Origin: the human T2T-CHM13v2.0 reference genome, Homo sapiens
NCBI RefSeq assembly: GCF_009914755.1
Contig: NC_060927.1
Length of the DNA: 64,000 nucleotides
Direction: 5' to 3' (one strand)
The notes under the pieces were generated by a model. It did no database searches, was not told the DNA's origin, and saw only the letters and a program-made list of their open reading frames with translations. Shown here one piece after another: positions 1-14,200 of this stretch (its first letter is position 1; each line of letters begins with the position of its first letter). The translations under genes were made by a program, and so were the position numbers.

Positions 1-105
1 ACTCTGGAGCCACTGTAAGAACTTTTTTGGCTTTTACTCTGAGTGAGATGGGAACCATTGCATATTTGAGTACAGATGTGATATAATTTGACTTATGTTT
101 GAACA
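1..105 (-). mobile_element. L2 LINE fragment
   Basis: 'cactgtaagg...ggcttttactctgagtgagatgggaaccattg' resembles the reverse strand of the L2a 3' region. Confidence 0.55.
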
Positions 106-449
106 GAGCTAATATAAACTAAGAGTATTCTCAAGGTCAACTGGGCATATTTATTCATATTAAAGAGTTTTAGAACATTCTTTCTACTAGATACTGTCTG
201 GAAGACAACATTGTTTAGGAAATTATCCACTTTTTCAGGGAGTTGGCAATCTCTTAGAAATGATGAGCCAAATATTTGGAAAGCAGTTAGTGCTTCAGAC
301 AGATGAAAAATTATGATTGTAGGTAAAGGACTTTGAACAATTAAGAAGAACATTAATAGGAATCTTCCAGAATAGTTTCATAGAGAGGAAGGGACAGAAA
401 CAAAGAAATGAAAAACTGAGGGAGAAGTTTTGAAGGATTAGGCAAATAT

Positions 450-1873
450 TGTTATTTTAATGATATGTCCACAAATTCTCTGATATCCCTCCCTTTGAAA
501 AGTGAATCTTGGCTTATAATCAAAAGACAGGCAATAAAAAATGCTGGTGAGGATGTGGAGAAAAAGGAACCCTTACACTGTTGGTGGAAATGTAAATTAG
601 TACAACCACTATGGAAGTCAGTTTGGAGGGTCCTCAACAAACTAAAAATTGAGCTACCATATGATCCAGCAACCCCTTTGCTGAATATATATGCAAAAGA
701 AAGGACATCAGTATATTGAAAATATATCTATACTCCTATGTTTATTGCAGCACTGTTTACAATAGCTAAGATTTAGAAGCAACCTAAGTATCCATCAACA
801 GATGAATGGATAAAGAAAATGTGGTACATACACAAAATAGAGTTAGGGTACTATTCAGCCATAAAAAAAGAATAAGATCCAGTCATTTGCAACAACATGG
901 TTGAACTGGTTAAATGAAATAAGGCAGGCACAGAAAGATAAACATCACATGTTCTCACTTATTTGTGGGATCTAAAAATCAAAACAATTGAACTTATGGA
1001 AATAGAGAGTACAAGGATGGTTGCCATAGGCTGGGAAAGGCAGTGAGGGAGCTGAGGGGAGGTAGGGATGGCTAACAGGCACACACACACACACATAAAA
1101 ATAGAAAGAGTGAATAAGATGTACTACTTGATAGCACAATATGGTGACTATAGTCAATAATAACATAATTGTATATTTTAAAGTAACTTAAACAGTATAA
1201 TTGGATTGTTTGTAACTCAAAGGATAAATGCTTGAGGGGATGGATATCCCATTCTCCATGATGTGCTTATTTCACACTGAAATAAGGAATCTTGGAGGCC
1301 TGTATCAAACAATCTCATTACGCCATAAATATATACACCTACTATGTACCCACAAAAAAAAAAGTTTCTAAAAAGTGATTCTTAATCCACTTATTGAATA
1401 TAGACTGGACTTAATGATTCACTTTTAGCAAACAGAATATAGATGACGTGATGGAGGAAAAATCTGAGACTGGGTTATAAAAAGACTGCAGCTGCTGGCT
1501 TGGGTGCACTTTCTGACTTGCCTATACTCTGTCTTTCTCTCTCTCTCTCTCTTCCCCACTCTTCCTCTTATCACTCATTCTGAGGAAAGCCATTTCTTGA
1601 TCTTTTTCATAGAGAGACTAATATGGGGCAGCACTGAAGACTGCTGACAGCAGCCACATGAGTGAGCTCAGAGTGGACACAACAGCCCCTTCAGAGGCTG
1701 CAGGGATGGCAGACAGCCTGACTGCAATGTCGTGAAAGATGCTGAGGCAGAACCATGCAGCAAAGTCATTCCCAGATTCCTGACTCTCAGAAAATGTGTG
1801 AGATAATAAATGCTATTATTTTAAGCTGCTAAATTTTGGGGCAATTTACTACTTAGCAGTAGATGCCTAACAC
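450..1873 (+). mobile_element. MLT1 (E/F-like) MaLR solo LTR split by an L1MA insertion (pieces ~450-510 and ~1371-1873)
   Basis: Typical MLT1 3' end 'cccagattcctgactctcagaaaatgtgtgagataataaatg...ttttaagctgctaaattttgggg...aca'; the sequence reads through the L1 TSD. Confidence 0.75.
511..1370 (+). mobile_element. 5'-truncated L1MA (L1MA1-3-like) LINE-1 3' end
   Basis: ORF 465-719 gives the L1 ORF2 C-terminal peptide ([18 protein letters not shown]...ELPYDPA); L1MA 3'UTR and A-tail; 13-bp TSD aaaagtgaatctt (498-510) / aaaagtgattctt (1371-1383). Confidence 0.9.
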
Positions 1874-1959
1874 AAGGTATATTCATGAATAGAATGAACG
1901 TAGATAAAAACTGAAAGAATATTAACTTGAGAGAAGAAGAGGCGATTTGATATGTTTAC

Positions 1960-2306
<347 letters not shown>

Positions 2307-2699
2307 TAATTTTTCTGAATTGCAAGTAACAAATATGCATGAAGTGCCCAAAATATCTTAGGCACTGTTGCATCAGTTACGCAGGTGAATTATGAAGTCT
2401 TTCAAAGTTCTCTATAAGCTGAACTCTGTATCCCCACGCATTAAAGTATGAGTGTCTATCACAGAAATTGAATGTAGTAAATTCTAAGGGCAGGGACAAC
2501 ATTTGCATCATAGATTTGCCCTTCATAGCAAAATTGTCTCTCTCTTTTGCCAAATATAGGAATTAAACTTAATTTCCTGTCCCTTAAAAAATAATATTTG
2601 TGATTTAAAAGTAAAGACTACTCTAGAATGTTATGTAAAGTTGTATCCTTTAACTGAGTAAATAGCTGTATTACAACTGAGATAGCACTTTGTAAGTTT

Positions 2700-3680
2700 C
2701 CTTTTCTTCTTTGTTTAGATTAATATTTATCATAAAATGATATATACACCTTTTAAAGAAGTTAAGCACAGTTCAGATAAGAATTTTAAGATTTACACTT
2801 AATGTATCATCCAGTAACTATCATTTTTAATATTAGGTAAACTTCATTTCAGACACAGAGAGAAGAGTGAATGGAAAGATGGGTGAGGGATAGATATATA
2901 GATAAATTAATGCAGAAATAATTTTACAAAAATCGTATCATACCATAATATGTTGCTTTTTCATTTGTATTTTAAAATGAGCTTAAAAAAGATATAGGAA
3001 AAACTGCTGGATTTTATATAAATATTCTTAAGATAGGAAATATTGTTTCTAAAAAGATAAAATAAATTTAAGAAAGAAATAATTAGAGGAATATTAAGAA
3101 GTTGGAGTCATAATGGTTCTTTTTTAACTAAATGTGTCAAATTTAGTCAATAGTGATTGATTGCTTGTTCTGAAAAATGAGGAAATTAGCACTCCCACCC
3201 ACACACCTATCCTGCCCCATCTCCAGATTTTATTATGTTATTTTAATAACATCAAGTTATATATCATTTGCCTTCTGTTCTGAAATATTTGCCAGTTTTC
3301 TCTTAGTTTTGTATTAGTATGGATTTAGCATTCATACCAATACCCTCACCATAACTCTCCCATTTCTAAGTTTAAAAAAATTTATATTTCAATTGGCTCT
3401 ATTTCATCAACTACATTTTACAAAATAATAATATAGTCCTCAAGTTCCTGCATGTTTAGGGATATCTGCCTAGTCCTTTCATACATAAACAACCACTTGA
3501 AATTTATAAAAATCATAAATCACTTTTCTTTCTTAGAATCTCATAGATTTTTTTTCTTTCTTTTCTCTTTCTCTTTCTTTCTTTCTTTTTTCTCTTTCTT
3601 TGTATTTAGTGTTACTTTAGAGAAGTCTGAACTTGCCCTTTTTTTCATCTTTATGCCTGAGGAAATTTTTCTTTATCATC
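2700..3680 (-). mobile_element. Old L1M/L1ME fragments
   Basis: AT-rich sequence with degenerate L1M motifs such as 'gagaagtctga' and 'aaatcacttttcttt'. Confidence 0.4.
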
Positions 3681-4457
3681 AAAGAACTCTGAGAATTGAT
3701 GGGCACTGTGTTAGAGCAAGTGGGAAGTATAGACACAGCTTCCCATGTTAAGCACGAGCAAGAAGAAAATAATTTGAATGGAAACTATTCAAATATATCA
3801 CAGTGATCAAAGATTTAAAAGTGGATGAAAAGAGACAGCTCAAGAACCCAATTCAGAAGACAGCATAGCTCAAGGAGTAAGCGGTGAAGTGAGCTACATC
3901 TACAAATACTTTTGTTGTTGTTCTTTCCTGTGTTCTATCATTTGGGCAGTTTTGCTCTATTACAGTCACATGACTCTAAAAGCAGGACATGGTTGAGAGA
4001 CAAAACATTTAAGTCTAATATTTTTGCCACTATGTTTGTAGGTGTTCCAAGGTTTGGGGAAGATAAAGCTCAGGTTAAAGATTAGATTAAGTGGCAGGGC
4101 TCTGGGGACATTTCATATCATGCCCTGAAAAACATACATACCATGCTTCTAGAGGCCCTGCCTTACTATGCTAGACAAAATACAGACCATCCCCCTGCAA
4201 AGAGGGCCACACCAGGCTAGATTTATTCAGAAGCAAAGTGAACACAGTGTGTGAACTGATAGCCTAGCCAGAGCTTTCTCCTCTGGTGGGCTCTGCTGAT
4301 GAAGCCTGTGTTATCAGTCTTGGGGTGACAGCTAGTCACCTAGTGACTAGTGACATAGCTAGTCACAGTGCTATGTCACCATTGCTTGTGACCAGCATCT
4401 GTTGAGATAGGCCAGTGCCCACATTATTCTAATTATTAAGTATTTTAGATAGCTCCT

Positions 4458-5018
4458 TGTGTTAATTTTCCATTGTTGTATAACAAATTAGCACAAACTT
4501 AACAGTTTGAAATAGTACCCAATATGTCTATAGGTGAAATTTGGGTGGGCTTAAATAGGTTCTCTGCTCAGAGTCTCATAAGGTTTAAATCAAGGTATCA
4601 GCCAGATTCAGCTCTCATTTGGAGCTCTGGGTTCTCTGCCAAGCTTATTCAGATTGTTAGCAGAATTCAGTCCCTTGTGGTGTAGGACTGTGGTTTCCAT
4701 TTTCTTGCTGACCATCTGATGGGAGTTGCTCTCAGCTCCTAGAGGTCACCTTCAGGTCCTACCCATGTGGACCTCCCACAACATGGCAGCTTCTTTCTTC
4801 AAAGCCAGTAGGAGACTCTCTAGTCAGAATATATCTCTATCTCTAGTAAGAAGACTATATAGATAATTTCTACGTAGTCTACAAGGTAATATAATCACAG
4901 GAATGACTATCTTATCACATTCACAGCTCCCATCCACACTCAAGGGAAGATGGTTGTACAAGGCACATACAACAGTGAAAAGGAATCTTGGAGGACATCT
5001 TAGAATTCTACCTACCAC
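4458..5018 (-). mobile_element. MLT1 (D/E-like) MaLR solo LTR
   Basis: 'ttgtataacaaattagcacaaactt', 'gttagcagaattcagtcccttgtgg', terminal 'catcttagaattctacctaccaca'. Confidence 0.8.
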
Positions 5019-5264
5019 ACCCTCTACTATATTGCTTGCTTTGATTCCTTGCCTGCCTAAACATTTAGGATCATCCAAACCACTCATGTTTAGATGAACT
5101 TCTATCTCTGATCCCTTCCTAGCTAGCTCTGTTCTGTAGGATGGCCACTCACAGGCATGACAATATTTACTTGGTACATATTTTGAAGAAACATCAATAC
5201 AAATGTGCTTAAAAATTGTATAGAATACTTTGGGGAAACACAAAAGAAGCTAAGCTGATAATAC

Positions 5265-5970
5265 AAAAGTGAGTATCACTTTATACCGTCTATGATGGCT
5301 ATAACTTTTTTAATGGGAATTAAATGTTAGCCAGGATGTGGAGAATATGGGAACCATGTACCCTGCTGGTGGGAATGTAAAATGTTTCAGCCACTATGGA
5401 AAACAGTTTGACAGTTTCTCAAATTACCATAGATTTAGCATAGATCTAGCAATTCTACTTCTAGGTACATATTCAAAAGAACTGAAAACTGATACTCAAA
5501 CAAATACATATATACTCATATTCATAGCAGCACTATTCAAAATGACCAGAAAGTGAAAACAACCCAAATGTTCATCAATGGACAAATAGATAAACAAATT
5601 GTGGCATATACATAGAATAGAATACTATTCATTTATAAGAAATGAAATACCGATACATGCTACAACATGGATGAACCTCAAAAATATTTGAAGTAAAAAG
5701 AGCCAGTCATGAAAGACCACACATTGTAGAATTTCATGTATATGAAATATCTCGAATAGGCAAATTCATAGAAACAGAAAGCAGATTGGTGGTTACCAGA
5801 GAACAGAGGGAGAAGAATATGGGAAGCAACTGCTTAATGAATACAAGATTTCTTTTGTGGGTGCTGAAAATGTTTTGACACTAGATAGATGTGGTGGTTG
5901 CAAAACATTGTGAATGTACTAAATATCACTAAATTGTTACTTTAAGATGGTCAATTTTATGTTATCTGTT
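5265..5970 (+). mobile_element. L1MB LINE-1 3' end
   Basis: 'gctggtgggaatgtaaaatg...cagccactatggaaaacagtttg', 'ctagatagatgtggtggttgcaaaacattgtgaatgtactaaat'. Confidence 0.85.
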
Positions 5971-6799
5971 TTGTAACACATAACACTGTCTTCTCCACGA
6001 TGAACACTAAGAGAAATTCTGATAAGCATTTAGGCCTATATTGTTGCAAAACATAGCACATTTTTATACCCCTTTTTCTTAGCATAAACATGATTCAGCA
6101 CATGCAAAGTCCAAAAAGAACCGAGATTAAGAGAATCATAGAAGTTCCAGTATGAGTCTAAAAAATATACTCACAAATAGAATGAAAATAGAAATAAAGA
6201 GCAATTAAAATCAGAGCAATGACAATCAATGATACCTAAGCATGGCATTTCTGTTTCTCTCATAACATACCCGGCCTTCTGTAAGGTAATATGCAAATGG
6301 AGATGATCAGATCAGTGCTTACTGAAATTTATACTATTCTAATGATACTTTCTAATAGGAAAAAATAAAATTATGTTGGCCAGATGTACTTTAAAAATTT
6401 ATATTGGTTTTTAACCCTCTTTATATATTAATTATGGACTTTTCTAAATTAGTTGAGAAATAAGCATTTTAAAATATCAACATAGAAGTGATGCTTATCC
6501 ACTAACAGTCCTGTTTTGGCAGTGTCATGTCTATGTCTACACAATAAAGTTTGGAAAAAACTGCAATGACATATTCTAATACTTGTACTCTATTCTACAA
6601 AAATCTAGGGTTTCTTGGGAGCCATCATTAAGGTGAAGAACAGAGAAGGCATCCTAGCACCAGAGTTCCAGGCAGCCCCAACCCATACTCACCCATACAG
6701 CAGCTCCCCTTTGTATCTGTCTTACATAGTATGCTTCCTGATGTTACCTGAAAAGGGGTTTAAAAATGTGCAATTTACAAAAATGCATGGAAAATATGA

Positions 6800-6870
6800 A
6801 ATACACATATTGAATCTTTTTTCAATACACATATTGAATCTTTATTCAAAAATACACGTAATCTTTATTC
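6800..6870. repeat. 24-bp tandem duplication plus a degenerate third unit
   Basis: aatacacatattgaatcttttttc (6800-6823), aatacacatattgaatctttattc (6824-6847), then aaaaatacacgtaatctttattc. Confidence 0.85.
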
Positions 6871-9800
6871 TCATAAAATTAATTAAAATACTGAGACAAA
6901 TATATAAATCATAAGATATGTTGAAAGCAGTGTCTCTTTAATATCAATTGGATGCTTATTAGATTAAATATCATCAGTGGAGAGTAAAGCCAATGAAAGA
7001 AGAAAAGTGTGTGGGTTTTTTATACAAATGCTGAAAATATTTCAATGAAAATTATGCCTAGAAGACAAGGTAAAATTAACAATTTTATAATATTTTGCAA
7101 CCCTCTGAGAACCAAAGATCAACCATGAAATATGCAGTACTTCTGCTCATCAGATCTCTAAACACATTCTCAGAAATATACTATGCACACACCAAAGGAC
7201 TGGCTTTATGTTTCTCAGTCAGAAGGAGAGAAACTATAGTCACTTGATCCTGCCTCAGTTATGTAGCTTTCATAATTGACACTACTATCCCGTATCAGCT
7301 CTGCTAATGATAAGCCTGAAAGAATTTTTCCACATATGTGGGCCTTGCAAACTCAGCCCCAAAATGCCTCTAATATCTTGGGCTGTTACTTAAATTTTGA
7401 CATTTATGTGTCCTATTTCTTCAGTTAAGCTAGAGTATCTTTTAAAACAGGGACTATAGCCTATGTGTCTGGGTCTTTCCCACAGCGATAGCACATGCCT
7501 GATTCTGAATGAATGACCATGAAACATCAGTGTGATAATGTGCTGATGTCAGTGATCCTGATCACAATAGCCATCATAATGGAAAGTGCAAACACCCAGG
7601 ACTCTTAGTACCAACTCGAATAGGGACAAAATGCTGAATATGTATGTATGAATGCTCAACCTGACATCAGCAGGAAACCCACAAACTTAAGCAAAAAATA
7701 AATCTTTCCGAAAGAACAAACATGTGATGCTACAAGGATTAAAAACTTTATCCCTAAAAGTCCCAAAGCAGTCACAAATAATACAATAGACCAAGTACTG
7801 AAAGGGCAATTTGCTTCTGAAAGTAAAGATTTAGAACTGGAGAGGAGCTCTGGCCAGATTTAAATAATGGCAGAAGGATCAAAAATAAGAGATGGTAGAG
7901 GATCAATTGACCGGCCTGTGTGTTGATCCCTAAAGCAGAGTGACACAGATGCCAACACCTGCATTTGAGTCCATTTATTTTGAAAAGCACATTCAGTTCA
8001 AGCTTCCGTGTTTTCAAGGTTATTCTGAAAAGTGTATATATAAGGTTATCAGGTATGCAGTTTTTAAATATGGAACATGGCCTAACTAGATGGGGTAGAG
8101 GGTTTGGTCTTCATTAATATTTGATTTCTAGTAGGTTAAAATATGGGGCTGTTACATATTTAACTATGGTTGATCACTGAATTACAAAATGTAAATGTGT
8201 TCAAGTATGTATTTTTATTTAGCAACCCATTTTGAAACAAATTGCTCTTTAAGAAATTGTAAGTCAAACACAAATTTATATTTATTATTATATGACAAAC
8301 TTTACAAAACATTTCTTCAGATATTTTCATGAAACATCTAAATATGGAATCCAAGAAAATAATTAAAGAGACCTGCATGTTAAGCCAATACCAGATTAGA
8401 ATAGTGATAAAAATACTTAATACTTTTAATTCTTTTACTATAGGCTGAAACAATGCTAGCAAATGAATTATTTTATATAATTATCACGATAATACAATGA
8501 GGTTCATATTTACTATCTACATGTTACAGATAAGGTATGTAGGTTTAAAGTGGTTTAAAGTAGCTTTCTAATCATCAGCCAATTAGAAAAGGAATCTGAA
8601 TTTAGACTCAGGCTTTCTAATTTCAGAACTCACACCCTTCAACACTGGTCCACCCTGGAAGTTGGAAAGAAATATCTTCACTGACATGAGAACAACATAT
8701 TTGCCTAATGTTTGTCATTTTTATTTTAAAAAACACATTTCCTTCATGTGCAATTTTAAATTATAATTGGATGTATAATATCTCGAGACCCTGGCTTTTT
8801 CTTTAAGCACAATTTCTCCTTTTTTATTACATAAAAAGTAATGAGAAAAATAGATATTCATTCGACAAAAGAATGTTCAAGCCTAGTTACTTAATGAGCC
8901 TTTATTTGCATTTGGACCCTAAAATTATCCCATCCCTTCACTCCATGTATCCTGTATTTCTGATTTTCCTCTAAGAACCAGGACTCAATTCCTGCTCCAT
9001 GACTACATTTGGAACTTCACTGCTGAGTTTCCGGTTCTGCTAGAGCTTCCAAGAATGGTGGGCTAAAGTCCCTTTCCTCGATAATCTCATTTCTCATGGT
9101 TTTCTACTTAAAGCAATACTGTCTATGAAGTGCAACCTGGCTCTTCCTTCTCCCGTAATCATTGCCTCTCTGGATTTTCCTTCTTCCAAGACTCCCTTTC
9201 CTGATTCCCTTTAACACCCCTTTCATAATTCACATCCAGAGAGTTCTCTGCAATCACCTACCCATCCCAATCTCCATTATTTATTTCATGTTATTACCTT
9301 TCACAATTCATATAGTAAATGTTACTTAGAACAGAGGCTGCTCTAGTGTTTCATTGATTTGTCTCATTTTATTTCTGGTCATTGAATGGCACAGTGATAT
9401 CACATGAGGTTGGACAGAGTTATTTTCCATCGCCATCATAAAGCTTTATGACTATAAGTGGGTTTGTCTTTTACCAGTTCACTGTCTTCCTCTAAAGATG
9501 GTCTCTCCTATCTCTTGCGTAGGACGCACTAATCACTAATGTCCCACAGAAGGATATCCTGAGCTGTCCTTGGAGCCATTTGGCATGGAACCTTACAGAG
9601 TGCCCCTACCCTCTGTGCCTGGCTTCCATCCTCCTGACTCTTTGTGACTTTCAGATCTTAAAACTAAAATCAGGTGCAACACTTAACCTCCAGAGGAATA
9701 ATCTGTGGCTCTTACACGGAGATGATTGATAAACACTTTCCCCTCTCTTTTCTTATGTTTGTTTTCTTAATTAGATTTATTGTTTTTCTATTCTCTCCTC

Positions 9801-10240
9801 TCCCTCAAGGTACATGTGCACACGTATCCACTCCCGCAATGTGGCAAAGGCTTGGAAAGGTACCCTTCCCCAGCCTTCCTCCCCAGACTCTAACCTCTTT
9901 GAAATGGGCATGAAGGAGAAGTTCTCTTTGATGTTCATTTGAATGTGCTTATATCTTGATTCCTCTGTGCGTTTACATCTTTTATTCATGTGCACTTTAA
10001 ATACCCCCATTAAATTAAATAATCATTGAGATAGGAACAGTGTCTATGATTTCTGTTGGAGCTTCCTTCTATTTCCCAAGATGCGGCTCTCTGCACACTG
10101 AACTCTCCTGACTTTCTTCACCCAGCTGACTTTAAAATCAGATGAAATGGTGAGCCTCACCTCCAGACTGTGCATACAACTAAATGTAATGCTATGGTTC
10201 AAACAACAAGCATCCTCTTTGGAAGAAGAAATACTTTGAG

Positions 10241-10547
<307 letters not shown>

Positions 10548-10644
10548 CTAGTGCGTTTTCTCAGATTTAAGTGCCTTAAACTGTCACCTACCTCAAACAC
10601 AACTCTTTTCTAGTAATTTTTTTAAAATTCACCCATAGAATCAT

Positions 10645-10830
10645 GCTCAGAAATGCTGGCAGACAGTGGGGAAATCTAGACTGTAATCCTGCTTCTACCC
10701 CTTCCTAGCCCTATATCCTTGAGCAGGTTATTCCACATCTCTGAGCCCCAGTTCCCTCAGGAGTTAAATAAGATAATGTAAGCCAGTGCGTGGCCCATGC
10801 TAGGCTCTCAAAACATGTTAGCTATTTTTA
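10645..10830 (+). mobile_element. MIR SINE
   Basis: Core 'ccttgagcaggtta...ctctgagccccagttccctc'. Confidence 0.65.
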
Positions 10831-12439
10831 TAATTTATGTATACCAAAGTTTATGGATCCTTTTGTCACTCTCCAATGCCCTAAATATAGTTAAGAAATC
10901 TTCCCAACAGTTGCTTTATGATTATAGGGCTCTTGTTCCAAACAATCTAGAAATCTGCAAAGAAACTCATGAGTAGAATATGGTCATGTTTACATATTAA
11001 GCAGCCTTTTTGGCAATTCAGCAATAAAAAAAAAAGTGCTCTAAAAAGGGGAAGGGAAATATGAAAAGAAAAAAATCCTTTTGAAATAACGATTTCATCT
11101 TTTGTTCCGGCCTGTCTTGGGGTAAAGAAATGCCAATTTAGAAAGTCCCTGGAGCTAAGCAAATTCTCTACCATCAGCTCCTGGGCTGCATCAGCAAAGC
11201 GAGGTCTGCTTTCAGGAAATGTGAGCCCAAGAGTCTTCCTGAAGCATTCTCCACACTGATGCCACTGCCTTGCTGTACTTCTGAAGGCCACAGAGGGCAG
11301 TGGGACAACTGCCAGGCCCTCCCCTACTTGGCATAAAACTCAGGCAGGCTCTTGGCCTGATGAGGCAGCCCTCTCTACTTCCCTTGTTCCCTGCCTCCCT
11401 CACTCCCTCCTGGATATTAAACTCACTGTGGTTTCATCCACTTTATCATCTCATTTGCTTTCTGATCTGATCCCAGGCTGCCATGTGGCTGATCAAAGGC
11501 AGATGTGAGCTCTCAGCTTCACAAAGGAGCCCCTGTATTCAAACAAACATGTTAATTTATTGTCTCCTTGCTGGCAGCTCCCTTCCCTTGCTCTCTCCTA
11601 CGTTTCCCAATATATTCATTCGCTTTCCATGCCCCCTCCTGCTATTTACTCTTTCTTTCTCCTCTCTTGTTGTGACCTTTTCATTTTCATTTCTCTTTAA
11701 AATCTCTCCGTTTTCTCACTCATATTCTATTGTAGGTTAAAACGATAAAATTGCTTTTACTGCCATTTCATCATCCTCATACCTGAAAAAAAAATTATAC
11801 CAACATTTTTTTAAACCTCATAGAAGTTATTTTCAGCAGCCAAATTTGTTTGTAATAGTGGCATATGTTATCAAGTTCCAGTTTTGTTTTCTTCTCCTGT
11901 CTGCCCCTCTCATTCGATATTTCCCACCTCCCCCTTCTCTCTGTCTCCTTGCCTCCTTTCAGGGTTGCCTTTCTCTTTGCCCTTTCCTTTCCTCATCTCT
12001 CTCTTTCCTTTTTATGTCCCTCCCCTCTGAGACAGTCACCCCTTTGCATTCTCTCCAACCCCTACCATGCTGCTGCTTTCCTCTCTGCTGACTTTTTGCT
12101 GAGGTGCTACTTTCAAGGTTTTAAAATTCAGTAAATCCTTGATAGTTTGCCCTAATTTGGAGAGAAGGTCAATCAGAAGTAATAAGCCCAAGAAACAGAA
12201 TATTTTACAGAAATCTGCCAGTTGAAGGATATTAAGTGAACACAATATGATTATTGACAGAAAATAAGGAAAGCTATTCACAGAACTACCAATAACAACT
12301 TACTAAGTTCTCAGGGCTGTGGGTGATTCACAGATGAACAGGCTTGATCCCTGCTCTCAAGGAGAGTAAATTATAGTACAGATAATACAGCACACTTGTG
12401 TATTACCTTAATAAAGGCACAGTGTGTGAGAAGCCGCTT

Positions 12440-13540
12440 CATTTGACAAACATTAATCCCATAAACTGTAGTTAGAGCTGTAGAACACTCAAATGTAAAT
12501 CTGACATCAACTTCACCCTCAGGACACATAGATTCTAATAGAGGATCAATTTATACATAAATAATTACTATGCAAATCAAAAAACACAACAAACAAATAA
12601 AATCCATATAGTAAAGGTCAAGAGAAAATCCAGGGAAACATAATTAATTTAAGCAGGAATATAGGGATGCTGTCATGACAGAGATGTCATTTCACCTGGA
12701 CCTTGACAGATGGTTTGGATTTGGTAGTTAGTAAAAGGTAAAAGCCCTACAAGGGCCAGATAAACTTAATGCCAGGTTCTGTTCATTATGAGAGAATTGG
12801 GATCCCCTGTCTGAGGAGTCCGAGGCTGAGTCCAGGCCTGCTGGGGTACTGTGCTGTGATGCTGTGACTGATTAGCAGTCTCTCCCTTGGACCCAAGTGG
12901 GACAGTAGAATCGTGCATGTCCCACTTGTGACTTCTTGTGCTAGGGAGAAAGCTCTGCACGCATGAGCACAGGTTCAGAGGTAGGAAAGTGATGGGGACA
13001 TTAAGGGGGCAGAAGAGTGGCTAGTGTGGCTGTTGAGCAGGTTGTGAAAGGAGGCAACCAAGGTGAGACTAGAAAGATCAGCAGGTGCCATATTGTGGAG
13101 GCCTTTGAACATCATGTATAGGAGTCAAATATTCAAGATTTTTAAGCAGGGGAAGATAGAACCAACTTTGTGCCAAATCTATTGAAGAGGGAATATATTG
13201 GATGAAGAAAGACCAACTAGGAAGCTACTGCAATCCCTCAGCAAGTGACGATAGAGACTTCTTTTAATAAGTATGATGGCAGTGGAAAGAAGGGATTTGA
13301 TTCAAGCAATATATCTATGGTAGAATCTCTTGAGGAAGAAGACGAGGAATTGGAAATGAGACAGATTGGCTAGGATAATGATGATACCAGTAACCAAGGG
13401 TGGGAGACGACAAAGGATGACTGTTTAAGAGAGAAATGAATATAATTGATTTTATTCATATTCAGTTTTGGATATTGGTGAATATAGCAGCAATAGTGGG
13501 GAGAAAGCATAGAAGATGAGAGATCATTTGAATACATTTT
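12440..13540 (-). mobile_element. L2 LINE fragments
   Basis: 'attgtggaggcctttgaacatcatg', 'ccaactaggaagctactgcaat' and other L2 reverse-strand motifs. Confidence 0.55.
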
Positions 13541-13989
13541 GGGGCAAAATTGCATAAGCCCAGGAGCTGAAAGCCCATTACTTCCTTGCAAGTATTTATT
13601 AAGCACCTACTAACTATATGCCAATGAGATGAAGCATGACCCTAAATAATAGGATATTGATTTTAAAATTTCAGCAGCCAAAAAAGCAAGAGGTGTATCT
13701 TGAGTTGAGCCTGAAAAGTTGACAAATACCTACCATGGGTAAATTGATTTCACCAGAATTGAAACCACCTTAATGTGTCCTAGACTTTGTGAAAGAAAAA
13801 ACTAACTGGGGAGAGAGTGAAGAGAAAAAGGCCCTGGAAGCCACAAACGTTTTATAGAATCCAGCAGTTCATTAACAAATAGATAAGAATCAGTTGTGCT
13901 TAGCAAATATATTATTTAAATGCAAATGATGCTGCTAATTGTCTTCACTCTTAAGTAGGCTAAAGAGGAGGTATCTCATGCTGAAGAGA

Positions 13990-14200
13990 GCAAGGAACCA
14001 GGGAGACCTGGTTTTCTAATTCCTCTGCTACATGGTAATAATAGTCCTTGGGTAAGTTACTTTATATCTCTGTGTTCCAGTTTCCTTCTCTATAAAACAA
14101 GGAGAATAATATTCCCTTCATGGTGTTATTGTAAGGATTAAATAAAATTAATGTGCATCAAGTGCCTGAAACAATACACTTATTATCATATTTTTTATTT
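13990..14200 (+). mobile_element. MIR SINE
   Basis: 'ccttgggtaagttactttatatctctgtgttccagtttcctt...ttgtaaggattaaat'. Confidence 0.75.
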
